Positions 12,481 to 25,103 of a stretch of DNA of 64,000 bases are shown one piece after another; within the stretch, counting starts at the first letter, position 1, and every line of letters begins with the position of its first letter. The position numbers were made by a program, and so were the translations under genes. The notes under the pieces were generated by a model that saw nothing but the letters and a program-made list of their open reading frames with translations, was not told where the DNA came from and did no database searches. Source of the stretch: Camelus dromedarius (lineage: Eukaryota); the NCBI RefSeq assembly GCF_036321535.1, contig NC_087437.1, positions 82,896,001-82,960,000 of the forward strand, given 5' to 3'.

Positions 12481-12595
12481 CCTCGCACACACAGATGCAC
12501 CCAGCCTGCCTGGCCTCTCCACACCCGATGGCCTCTACACCTGGCCTCAGACATCTCCAATGCCCTTCTGTAGGCTCCGCCCCACCCCAATCGCT
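12481..12595 (-). promoter_or_regulatory. Candidate internal ST3GAL6 promoter and short non-coding first exon
   Basis: Clustered GC box (gctccgcccc 12574-12583), CACCC box and CCAAT (12587-12591, 12557-12561), followed ~90 bp downstream on the minus strand by the donor GAGG|gtattt at 12480. Confidence 0.45.
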
Positions 12596-14361
12596 GGCCC
12601 AAAGGAAAGGGAGCCTGGGAAGCCCTTGAGTAGCAGCTCAACAGTTTGGTCAGGTTCCCAATGATCCCACGTTGACCTTGGACACCTCATTCAGCAGACT
12701 TGAGTTCTTGTTGCCGGGTCCCTGAATTATATACATCCTAGTTTTTCAAGGTCTGCTTCTTCTCCCTCTCGGCCACCCCAGCAACTCTGCAACCAAACTT
12801 TCAATACTTTAGTAACTAGGATCCTAAGCCACGTCCTCATCCACTCTGTCCCCTGAGACCCTCCGCTTCCTCAGTGACAGATGTCTTGCTCTGCTGCTGC
12901 TCAGTCTCCTCTCTCCCCCAGCTGCTCAACTGCTCAACAACTTGCATCTTTGTGCAAATTAGAAAAGGACTCCCTCCCCTCATCCTCGGCTCCACACAGC
13001 CCTGTGGGCACTTATCTTGGTGTGGGCAGGATTTCAGCCACAGCTTTCCCCTTAGCTGGGTTCCCCCATTCAAGGCTCACCTCCAGAATCTTACCAGGTG
13101 GGCCTGCTGACAGCTTGTTTCCATTCAGCCCTGGGAGAGGCCCTTCTCCATTCAGGTCTCCATCAGTTCTCTGCTCACACTGACACACGCCCTGCACCAT
13201 CTGAACTCGGCAACAGATCTCACATCTTGCTTTCCTTCCACTTTGTAGTTATTGCTCAGCTTACGACTCCTCTGGAATCACACACCCCCGTGAGCATTAG
13301 CTCCAGATCTACTTACGCACTAACATCTCAGTTTTAGCACCATGGGTCCCCTAAGCCTCCTAGCCCTACCCACCTCCATATAGCCCAAGCCTGCAAGGAG
13401 ACACACAGGACCTCACTGCCATGGATGTAAAGGCCTCTGGCCTCTTTAACTCATTTATTACCCCTCTTTTAAGTAATGGTTCCTATTATTTATGGCAGGA
13501 TCCAAATGTGTCTGGTAACCTCGCTATCTACCAAGGAGCTCCACCCTCTGTGTTGATGATCATGTAAACAATAGCACCCTTCATTAAGTACCTACAAAAT
13601 GCCTAGCACCGCACTAAGCCCCTTTCACACATGATGATGAAAACAGGGTTGCTATCATCCCCACGCAAGAGAGCTTTCTGGGTTTTAAAATTGTATGTTG
13701 TGGGAAATTTTTAAATTGTACATTGTGGAAAACTGTATCTACTGTATTTTTTTTAACTATAACAGCATGAACCTTTTTTAAGCAAGGAAATGATACACAT
13801 TAAATACATGCATTTATTAATATACTTACTTACAAACACTGTAATATGAAAAACTATTCATTTCACAATTAAAGAGATAAGTCTTAAGGAATTAGTAGTC
13901 TGGTTGATGGGATTTCTGCTAGAAGGATCTGAAAATTCTCAATAGGCCATAATTAAAAAATAAAGACTTAGCCCACATAAAATTAAGTACTCTTCAATGT
14001 TACACCGCCTGACAAAGCCAAATTTAAACCTGAAGTTCCCAGCTACTGCTATTTAATCAAATTAAGGGGAAAAATCTGATTACTAAGTAAGTTAATAGAA
14101 AATTATAATTGAATTTATGTAAACTCCTCCACTCACCCCCCACAAAAGCTATTTGCATAGTTTCAATGAATAGGACCAAATGTATATATTCTGGCTGATT
14201 CCTAAATACATAGTTTTTTTCTTCTTTGTGCACAGCAGAAGAATATATATAATTAACTTTCTCTCTCCCTGCAACCAATTCTTCTGCTAATACAATGATG
14301 TGCAGCTAATTCCTACATGCATACACACACCTCTTACAGTCTTTCAAAAAAGCCAATGCTT

Positions 14362-16280
14362 CACAGCTAACATTATACTTAATGGGGAAAAGCTGAAAGC
14401 ATTTTCTCTAAGATCAGGAACAAGACAAGGATGCTCACTCTCGTCATTTTTATTCAACATAGTTTTGGAAGTCCTAGCCAATCAAAGAAGAAATAAAAGG
14501 AATCCAAATTGGAAACAAAAAAGTAAAACTGTCACTGTTTGCAGATGACATGATACTGTAGAAAACCCTAACAAGCGACCAGAAAACTACTAGAATTCAT
14601 CAACAAGTTTGGTAAAGTTGCAGGATACAAAATTAATATATAGAAATCAGTTGCATTTCTCTATGCTAACAATAAATAGCAGAAAAGAAAATTAAGGAAA
14701 CAATACTATTTACTACTGCACCAAAAAGAATAAAGTACCTAGGAATAAACCTATCCAAGGAGGCAAAAGGCCTGTCCTCTGAAAACTATAAGACACTGAT
14801 GAAAGAAATTGAAGATGACATAAACAAATGGAAAGAGATACTGTTCTTGGATTGGAAGAATCAATATTGTTAAAATGGCCAACTACCCAAGGCAATATAC
14901 TGATTCAGTGCAACCCCTATCAAACTACCAACAACATTTTTCACAGAGCTGGAACAAAAAATGTTAAAATTTGTATGGAAACATAAAAGACCTTGAATAG
15001 CCAAAATAATCTTGAAAAAGAAGAACAGAGCTGGGGGAATCACACTCCCTGACTTCAGACTATACTACAAAACTATAGTAATCAAGACAGTATGGCACTT
15101 GTACAAAAACAGACACACAGATCAACAGAACAGAATAGAAGGTCCAGAAACAAACCCACGCACTTATGGCCAATTAATCTATGACAAAGGAGGCAAGAAA
15201 TATTCAATGGAGAAAAGACAGTCTCTTCAATAAGTGGTGCTGGGAAAACTGGACAGCTACCTGTAAAAGAACAAAATTAGAACATTCTCTAACACTATAT
15301 ATAAAAATAACTCAAAATGGATTAAAAACTTAAATGTACAGAACTCCTAGAGGAAAACATAGGCAGAACACTCTCGGACATAAATCACAGCAACATATTT
15401 TTTGAACCAGCTCCTGGAGTAATGGAAACAAAAGCAAAAATAAATAAATGGGATCTAATTAAACTTAAAAGCTTTTGCACAGCTAAGGATACCATCAAAA
15501 AACAAAAAGACAACCTATAGAATGGGAGAAAATATTTGCAAATGATGTGATCAACAAGGGACTAATTTCCAAAATATACAAACAGCTCATATACCTTAAT
15601 ATCAAAATAACAAGCAACCCAATCAAAAACTGGGCAGAAGAACTAAATAGACATCTTTCCAAAGAAGACAGACAGATGGCCAACAAGAACATGGAAAGAT
15701 GCTCAACATCACTAATTGTTAGAGAAATGCACATCAAAACTACAATGAGATACCACCTCACACCAGCCAGAATGGCCATCATTAAAACGTCTACAAACAA
15801 TAAATGCTGGAAAGGGTGTAGAGAAAAAGGAACCTTCCTACACTGTTGGTGGGAATGTACACTGGTGCAGCCACTATGGAGGACAGTATGGAGGTTCCTT
15901 AAAAAACTAAAAACAGACTTACCATATGATCCATCAATACCAGTCCTGGGCATATACCCAGAGAAAAATATAATTCAAAAAGACACATGCATCCCGATGT
16001 TCACAGCACTATTATTTGCAATAGCCAAGACATGGAAACAACCCAAATGTCCATCAACAGATGACTGGATAAAGAAGATGTGGTATATATACATATACAA
16101 TGGACTACTACTCAGTCATAAAAAAGAATAAAATAGTGTTATTTGCAATAACATGGATGGACCCGGAGATCATCATTCTAAGTGAAGCAAGCCAGAAAGG
16201 GAAAGAAAAATGCCATATGATGTCACTTATATGTGGAATCTAAAAAAAAAAGAATACAAATGAACTATTTATTATTTACA
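14362..16280 (+). mobile_element. 5'-truncated LINE-1 (ORF2 RT 3' part and Cys-rich C-terminus, frameshifted) with the start of the 3' UTR
   Basis: ORF fragments [38 protein letters not shown] and [18 protein letters not shown] are typical L1 ORF2p. Multiple frameshifts make it non-functional. Confidence 0.95.
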
Positions 16281-17109
16281 GATTAGATAACTGATTTCTT
16301 GAATATGTGTAAGTACATTTGCTGTCCTTTATGAATGGATCACTGTATTCTGTTGATTCTTATTTTGTGGTAGGCTTTATTCCCTTGATAACTAGTATAA
16401 AAGCTAAAGCTCTTAACTGTTCTTAGAAACAATGAACAGTACATACATGTAAATTTTTTTAAAAAGTTTGAAGACTGTTTTCGTTATATTTTTATACTAA
16501 CATTTTCTGAGTCTGTTTCCAAAAGTGCTAGCTGGAGAATTAAGATAATTGTCTAGGATTAATTACAATTTCTTGGTATCTCTTTTTTTGTGAGAACTCA
16601 TTGCAGAAAAAGAGTTTTATACTGGTCACTTATCTGGGTATTTGTCTCATTTGCATAAGTATGTGGATATTTATATAATTTTAATCTAAATTATGGTTAC
16701 AGGAAAGCAAAGTTCTTTTCTGGTAGCATATACTACTACAAATGACCTTCATCCTCCCTTGCTGTTTCTATCATCCAATTCTCATATATTTCTTGTAAAT
16801 GATTCCAGACAAAGAGGTTGATAAGTAAGGGAAAAATAAAACTTAGCAATATAGGAAAATGTTATCTATTAAAATAATTTAAATATGTTTTCCCTTACAC
16901 CAACACATTTAAAAGTGTCAGCATTTTGTGAAAGGATTTAGCAGCACGTATGCATCATATGAAAATACGTTACCAAAGGATCTCTGCACCATAGGTCCTC
17001 TATTTTCTGGACTTCCTAGCCCTTCATTTCAAGCCTAAAACCATATAAACCATATATATATATATAAATATATATATATTTATATATATTCATTTATCCT
17101 CCATTCTTT

Positions 17110-17830
17110 ATGTCATAGTTGTCTGAAGAATTACATGTATGTATATTGAAAACCCTACCAGAGAATAAGTTTTGTTCTCAACAGTCATACACATTTTAAA
17201 TAAATTAAAAAAGAAAAAGAATCTGACAACAACAAAAAAAAAGCAAAGGATCTGAATAGACATTTCTCCAAATAAGGTATACAAACTGCCAATAAGCACA
17301 TGAAAAGATGCTCAATTCTTTAATTATTAGGAAAATGCAAATCAAAACCACAGTGAGATACCATGTCACAACCTCTATTTATCCTAGTCAGACTGCTCTT
17401 AATAATATTTCTATTTTGGGAATTAATTTAGATTTTCTTTATGACTTAAAATATAGTCTATTTTTAGAAATGATCTAAATGTACTTGAAGGAATAGTCTG
17501 TATTATCATGGAACAGAGTTGGATATATAGCTATTAGGTATACATTATTGATTATTTTTTTAGGTTTTCTTTATCCTTACTAGATATTTTCTCCTCAGTC
17601 TGTCTAGGTCAGAGGGAAGTGTTCTAAATTCTCCTATTATTAGTGTGGATTTGTCTGGTTTTACTTTTATCTTCTATAGTTTCTGCTTTGTTAAAGTTGC
17701 TGCTATATTGTTTTGTGCATAGAACTTTATAACAGTAATTACTTCATTATACATTGTGGCTTTTAGCATTATAGAATATCCTTCTTTACTTTGTTTAATG
17801 CTTTTAATTTTGAATTATAGATTATTTGAC
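17110..17830. mobile_element. Old L1M fragments in both orientations (plus ~17235-17370, minus ~17430-17830)
   Basis: Degenerate ORF2-like sequence (aatagacatttctccaaa...atgaaaagatgctca...atcaaaaccacagtgagatacc), followed by antisense L1-like sequence. Confidence 0.6.
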
Positions 17831-18677
17831 ACTAAAAAACAAAACAAAAACAAAAAAACCCAATGCTTTTGCCAGATTTCAACCTTAGCATATGAAGACA
17901 GACCTTGTCACCTAATAAAAGCAAAGCCCTCATTACTAAAGCAGATGACCGAATCCTGCCTCAAAAATTGGATGTGCTCATTGCAAAAAATATAAAAGGG
18001 AGAGAAATGACTTTTCAACAGAATTTTGTTTTTTAATAGCACAGCAGGACACACTAAAATCATTCAGCTAATAGCACACTATATTAGATGCTAAAAATAA
18101 ATGAACTGAAGTTCCTGTTTTCAAAATCTCTCCCTTTAAACTCAGCTTCATTGAAATACACAAAGAAGCTTTTAAGGGAACTTGTCATGTTCCTACTGTT
18201 TATCCATATTTTCTGCCAGACACCCATTTCTTCTACCAGGGTGGAAATTTTCTCTATTTCTTATATTAATATCACACTGATAAGACAACCTGAAAGGAGA
18301 TAATGTTAATGATGTGTGGCCAATTTTTAAAATTAATTTTATGGGGGTAAAAAATTTTTATAAACAAACCCACCACTTTTAAGTGTACAGTTTGATGAGT
18401 TTTGACAAATGTGTATAGTTGTATGACAACCACCAAAATCATACCGAACATTTCCATCAGCCCCCAAAGTTCCCCGTGTTCTTTGCAGCCAACTCTCTTC
18501 CCCTAATCTCTGGCCCCTAATCTGTTTATCACTACAGCTTTGCTTTCTCTAAAAGTTCATATAAATGGAATCATACAGTATATATCTTATTTCTGCCTTA
18601 TTTCAATTAGTATAATGCTTTTGGGAAAAAACCATCCATGTTGTTGCTTATGCTAGGAGTTAATTCCTTTTTATTGC

Positions 18678-19264
18678 TGTGGACAAAAGAAATGTTGCCT
18701 GCCATTTCAGTCAACCCATCAAGCCACCAGCCACAGCAGCCATGGCACCCCACCCACCCATGACGCCCCCGAGGGGATTCAGGAAAGAGAAAAACAGGAT
18801 CCTGGCCACAGGTTGTTAGGATGCATAGCAAAGGGGGGAGGGTATAGCTCAAGCGGTAGAGTGCATGAGGTCCTGAGTTCAATCCCTGGTACCTCCTCTA
18901 AAAATAGATACACCTAATTACCTCCCTCCAAAAAAAAATAAGATACACATCAAAGGAATGACTTCAATAAGCTCAGACAGGTACACATCTTCCTATACAT
19001 AGAAAGCACTAAAATCACTAAGATTTTCATGATTTTATGATCATTAACAGAGATGTCTGTATTAGCAACAATCTTTTGATGTTTGACTACATTTTTTTTT
19101 TCCCTAGCAAAAACTCCTATATATCCTGCCTCCTCCCTCGCCTCTTTGGAACAGTTCCTCAAGCTACCTGAGAGGCTGTATCCGGGCTATGGTGCTCAGA
19201 AAAGCCACCAAATAAAACATAACTCTCAGCTTTTAAGTTGTGCATTTTTTTAAATCAGTCAACA
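18678..19264 (+). mobile_element. Solo LTR, same ERV1-like family (copy 3), interrupted by a SINE and itself inserted in an old L1
   Basis: tgtggac...gtcaaca ends, TSD ttgc/gtgc, same internal motifs (cctgccatttcagt, gcaaaaactcctatatatcc, aataaaacataa). Confidence 0.85.
18833..18939 (+). mobile_element. tRNA-derived SINE (Vic-1 type) nested in LTR copy 3
   Basis: ggggagggtatagctcaagcgg head, B box, cctaattacctccc tail, degenerate TSD aggatgcatagcaaa/aagatacacatcaaa. Confidence 0.9.
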
Positions 19265-21049
19265 GTGCTAATCTGTATTCCATTGTATGGCTATACCATA
19301 ACCACAATCTGTTTATCAACTCAGCAGCTAACAAACATTTGGTTTCTTTTCAGTTTGGGTTATTATAAACAAAGCAACATTGAAAATTCAAGTAGAAGGC
19401 TTTGAGTGTGCATATGTTTTTATGGGTCATACAGTCAATGTCTAACTTTATATGAAAATTTTCTATTATACTCTGGTAGCTATTTCTGAATGACAGATTT
19501 GCTTCAATCTCTCCGTTAAAAGGAAAAAGCCCTTGCTGATAACAATTCAAATTACTGACACCATTGAATAATACAAATCACTGACAGAGGTAAGGATGGA
19601 TGAATCCATTACCACTGAGCACTCATTATGCGTGTGTACTCTACTTCAGGACATGGGGAGCAGAGCTCACAGTCGGGTGAGGGAGCCAAGTCCCACTGTT
19701 TCAACATGAGTACGCTTATCTGTTGTGGGAAGCAAAAATATATTTTAGACTCCTGCTATTCAGAGCATGGTGCACAAATCAACAGTATCGACGTCACCTG
19801 GAAAATTTGTAAAACTGGCAGCATCTCAGCTCCAACCCTAGATCCACTGAGTTAAATCTGCATTTTTAACAAGATCCTTAGGTCATCTGTGTGTTTGAGA
19901 AGCACTACTGGAGGTCAGAGGGAAGAGGAATTACAGCCCACGCCGAGGATCAAGGCTTCACACACACACACACCCACACACACAAAAACAGTTTCTGAGA
20001 GGAACTGGAAGCTCTTTCTAAGTTCCAGGCTATCTCTTTTGGGCTTGACCTTTTAAAATTTCCAACCAACAGAATTTTCTCTGAATAAACTAGTGAGACT
20101 CTCTTTGAAAATAAGGAGCTTTGAGAAAAATGTCCCTCACATTCTAGGGGATGTTTGTGGTCTCTGTAAATGCCCGGGACGTTTGCACTCCTGTATTGTT
20201 TTCAGTCTTAGCCTTCTACTCCTACCAGCCTCACCGCTGGTATATTTGAGAGCAAATACACAGGACTCCTCCGTTTACTCCTCCAGGACTTCTGATTCGC
20301 CCAAAAGGGCCAAGTGAAATCACCAGCCAAGCACTCACAACATTTTCAAGTATTGCTACTCGCAACTGGGACCAGGAATTACAAATCTTAGAACTGGAAA
20401 GACTGCAAGAGGTCAGGGCATTTAGGCAGAGTAAGGTCTTATGTCACCACATTACAGAAGAGACAGACGGGATTTAGAAAAAATAACTTGCCAAAGGTGA
20501 CCTCACTCACAAGTAGCAGTGTCGGCAGCACAGAACATTTTCATGTGGATTTTCCTCCAGCAGGATTCCGGTCTCACCGTGGGTACACAATAATAACCCA
20601 TTAGTCTTTGTTTCCTCCCATTTCTCTCTGATTTTGGCAGTTTTCAGTTCCTGAAACACATCCCTTGGGTGGCACTGCCCTGGCTGGGTCTCACTCCTGC
20701 TGCCTGTGCTTCTAACTCTCCTCTGCCTCCGCGGCATGCCTAACCACAGGTGTTCCCAAGCTCTTGCCTTAATCCTGTTTTCTAAACCCATGACTTCCCA
20801 GCTACTAGTAATGATCTCTAATCTATCTTCCCTGAAACCCGACCACGTGCTGTACTGGCATCAAATCCTCCCAGCCCAGCTCTCATTTTGTCACCCACCA
20901 CACAGGAAAGCCTTGAGTGGCTTCCCATTGTCTGCCAAATACACATGAAATCACTTAGCCTGGCACCAGAGACTTCTTTAATTTGGTCCTTCCATCTTAC
21001 TTCTCATCCTCTTCTTCATGCAATTTATTCTTTGTAGGTAGCAGCACAT

Positions 21050-21250
21050 CTAGACGTTAAGGTTGCCTGCTTGGCAATCAGACCCGCTGGGTGTGAGCCT
21101 CAGCTCTACCTCTGTCTAGCTGTATGACCTTGGGATGTTCTTTACCTCGTTATACCTCAGCTGTAAAGTGGGACTAATGACACTACCTAGTAGAGCTATA
21201 AGTCATAAATATAAAGCACTTAGAAGAATGTCTGGTACGTGATCAGGACA
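21050..21250 (+). mobile_element. MIR SINE
   Basis: tagctgtatgaccttggg...cctcagctgtaaagtgggactaatga...aaagcacttagaa resembles the MIR consensus. Confidence 0.65.
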
Positions 21251-21929
21251 CTCCTAATCTTGTTTTTAATTCTTCTTTTGAAACTAATGAAGTATTAGCT
21301 GTCCATATACCAAGACTTCACTAAAAAACTAACTTCATAACATCCTGGTAAAGATCCTAAAGAACTCATGACACTGTGTGATAACAGCCTCGAAAAATTT
21401 AGCTTCCATTATCATTTCTGCACATTCTTTAAACATTTCAAAGTATCTGTGAAAGGAAGCCTTACTCATCTGCTTCTAAATATAAAACAAAAGATATTCA
21501 AGATAAGTAGTAATTCATTAGCAAAACTCAGCTTAGAATTAGACCCTGTTTCTGGCTGTAGAAGCCATACCTTTTTATGCTTTTCATAATAAAACTGCTC
21601 TGAGTCTTGGTAAAAACCAAGCAAATAACCCTGATTTGCAATCAGCATATCAAATGGATGTCTTGAAGCAAGAAATAAAATCAAAAATTTTACAAATAAT
21701 CTGAGCTGACAAGTATTTTTCATCTTATACTCTGATCTGGATCCATTATAATGTTGAGGAGGATTCAAATATTGTATTCTAGGCTCAGAAGCAAATGCCG
21801 GAGTCAATCAGCAACATCTAACAAGGTAAGGATGAAGAGTTGAGCATCTGTCAGCCCGAGGCTAGAGAACAGAGGTCGAAGAATAAACAGTGCAATAGAT
21901 GGAAATAAAACTAGTGTAAACTTCCTGAA

Positions 21930-22140
21930 TACTTATGTGACAGAGCTGTTCTCAACACTGTAGATGTTTAATTCTTTTAATCCTCAAAATCACCCTTTAA
22001 GAAAGGTACTATGGTCATCCCTACCGCACAGATGACAACACTAAAGCATAGAGAAGTTATAACGTACCTGAGGACACCCAAGTATTAAGTGGCAGAGCTG
22101 GAATTTGAACCCAGGCACACACCAGAATCCATGCTCTACA
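21930..22140 (-). mobile_element. MIR SINE
   Basis: tttaatcctcaaaatcaccct...cagatga...taagtggcagagctggaatttgaacccaggca. Confidence 0.7.
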
Positions 22141-23200
22141 CATTATAATATAAAGACTCAAACTATTTCCATCTTCTTGATGTCAGGAAATGTACTGATG
22201 TACAGGAAAGGCAGTTCCACAAATCACCAACAAATGTAACCTGGATTACAGTCCAGATTTCATTTAATTAAGATGTTTCTGGTTGTAAAAACCTGAAGAT
22301 CCAGCCCTACCTCCAAGCCCATGTTCACGGTGCTCAAGAGTTCTGCAAACTCAGTGGCTCAGGACACTAGAGGACTTTGAATCCACTCATGAATAATCTT
22401 GGTGTGAACAATAAAGAACCTAAGAGATTTCCAAGGACTAAATTCCAAAACCACTGTAACTGTCCAAATTCACCAGCACCACTAAAGCAGAATGTTCTCA
22501 GTCAGTAAGTGTCCTTCACAAAATGATTTCCAAACAAGACAGTAATGTAACAAATTTGCTAATAGAATAATTGTTCTCTGATGAACCTCAACACATCAAA
22601 AAGACCGTATGGACTCATGGGTAAAATGTGGAGCTAATTCCTGGTGGACATTTGAGCTCCAGCCCTTTCTCAGAACAAACTTATAAATTGGTGTCTTATA
22701 TGGGATTCACAAGTAGTAAGGAGAATTGCCTACAAATTGTATGGAGGAACTTCAATGAAATTATTATTAATTGTAGCATTTAAAGACCAAGAGGGAACTA
22801 GCATTCACTCTCACACAGCTGGTTAACAGCACTTTGTACACTAGTTGTGACGCATGTAATATTCTAGTTTTAACTTCAGGGTTTACTCTTTTGCTTCCAT
22901 ATTAGTTTAGAACAGTTCCAAAGAAGGCCCATTCAGACTGAGAATAAAAACAATAATTAAAAGTCTCATAGCTCAACTTTGGGATATGCTGAAGAGTCAT
23001 TGGTTATATAGTCTGTAATTTCATTGGCCCTCAGCCACAGGTTAAACTAGTAGGAGATAAATTAACAGGCAGCTGTATACAAAGAAGGGGAGGGTATTTT
23101 AAAGCCACCTGCCAGCAGGGAAACACTGTATAAGGACATTTCAGTTGTTCAATCTTACATCTAAGCAGTATGAGACCACAGTCATATTGCCTTTGCTTAC

Positions 23201-23412
23201 CTGCACTTTTGGGAATCTGTTTCCCAAAGGCCCTCTGTTCCTGAGGGTGAAGAATGTGGTAAGGGCGCCAGAGGCTTGGGATGCTGTCTGCTAAGTTGTT
23301 GGAGCCTCTGCACTAGAAATTATCCCAGACAAAAAAACTTGTTCTGCTCCTTCACTGGCAAGTACTGGAACAAAACACAATGACAGCATGCTTAGAAGGA
23401 TGGCTCGGCCAC
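23201..23412 (-). other. Candidate alternative 5' UTR cassette exon of ST3GAL6 (212 bp) with a 32-codon uORF
   Basis: Acceptor catttttctcag|GTGGCC and strong donor GTGCAG|gtaagc in non-repetitive sequence, on the gene strand between the CpG island and the ATG exon. Confidence 0.5.
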
Positions 23413-25103
23413 CTGAGAAAAATGTTAAGCCGTTAAAAAACAATTTTTACTGAAAACACTATTTTAGTCAACTCCCTACTGACCCCTGCCCCAAATGTTC
23501 GACAGGATGCTGAAATTACCAAAAACAACAACAAAAAAATCCAACAGCATAACTAGCTGCACAGATTACGTTACTGTCGCTCATGGCTGGATCTCCATGA
23601 GATCCATCTCAGTCTCCTTGAAAAAAAAAATAAACAAAAATAACATCGAGCTCAATTAATCCAAAGCAACCCGGTAATGAAAGAACCATCTGTCTTCCTT
23701 TTCAGCTCCTCTCCACACATACACACAGCTTTATTGTTCAACACAGAGGTGAGGGAAGGAGCTGTTGCTTTGGAAAACCCTCTGAAGAGGAAGGGAAGGG
23801 AGGGAGACGGGAGGAAGAGGCAGAGGCCAAGAACAGAAATATCTAGAAGGACGCGAGGAGAAAGGAAGTGTGGGAAGTTAGGGAGAAGAGCAGCTAGTTT
23901 AAGAATGTGCAGTGGGCCACTTTCCCCAAAAAAATTTTGAAAAGATCTCAAACTGCTCCTGCTACAGCTTTTCTTCTCCAAGACTAAACAACCCTGATCC
24001 AAAAACAAACCAACAAAAGCTGCCTGCTCTGTATTTCTTGTGTTAATAGAAAATGTTATTTTTTAAAAAAATTCTTAGGAAACAAATATCAAAAGACAAA
24101 ACTAACAAAAATATGGCAGATATTTTATTTCAGAACCCACTTATGAATGCTAATGTCCTACAATAAGAAAATGATCATGCTTAATTATGAAAATCATACA
24201 ATAACATGAAAAGATATTTAGATTCTACCAAGTAAAGAAAGTCTGAAAAGGCTGAGTACACGAAGATTGTTTCTCTGTGTTAGATGTATGTGTGGTGACT
24301 CATTACTCAAAGAGGAAAATGACACCAGTTGGTGTGCTGAGTTGTGGATTACAGGGGATTTTTTTCTTAAACATTTACAGAAAATGCCTATTTTCTTATG
24401 CATTTCACTTTTAAAGTGCTTAAGTAGCTGGTACATTTAGAAGTTAGAAGAAAGGCAAAGCAGTGCCCTTTAGTGGCTATTATTACAATAGAAGTCTCCA
24501 CCATGAGGCAGAATTTTGAACCTAAGGAAATCATAGAGAATGATACATTTATGCCTCAGAATCCTCCTTGACTGTATAGAAAGTGCAACTCCTGGGTTTC
24601 CATCAACTCTACCCACTACTAGTTACTACCAGCTGCAGTAAAGGAGCAAGCACAAATTTAAGGTTGGAAAGGTCATTTTAAGATTCCCTACACTGAATAG
24701 GTTGGTAAAGAAACCTCAGTGTTACACCAGGAACAGCTGGGCAGATGGGGATTTAGTCACACCTGGCGGAGCTTAAATCAAGGAAGGAAAACAAGATGGT
24801 CCATCCTCATGTCTGAATGGCCTTCATGAAAAAGAGGCATTAGAGGTTCTGAAGGCTACCGGGGGTTAGGCCAAGGCCAGTGAATGCAATATTCAAGGAC
24901 TTAGCTTTGAGCTCAGCAGGAGGAACTTGCTAATGTTTAGGTTGCTAAACATAATACAGGTTGCATTGCTGAACAGTGAGTCACTGTTACTAAAGACATT
25001 CTGTTCTAAAAACCACTTGGGAGGGATTTGGATCGGAGTGCTTAATAAACTTTAATGTCCATCAGCATCACCTGAGCATCTTGTTAAACTGTGGATTCGT
25101 ATT

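Larger units (their letters stand above)
18325..19470 (-). mobile_element. Old L1M 3' end (antisense), split by LTR copy 3
   Basis: ttttaagtgtacagtttgatgagttttgacaaatg, ataaatggaatcatacagtat, and continuation ttattgc|..gtattccattgtatgg across the LTR. Confidence 0.75.

Noticed and set aside
12277..13740. Short tandem duplications (atgacacttga x2 at ~12277; ~25-bp ttttaaattgta..ttgtgg x2 at ~13685)
   Set aside because: Ordinary slippage-type micro-duplications with no array or spacer structure, and not CRISPR-like.
15495..16131. 194-aa and 152-aa ORFs as host genes
   Set aside because: A fragment of L1 ORF2 and its antisense frame inside a frameshifted, truncated L1.
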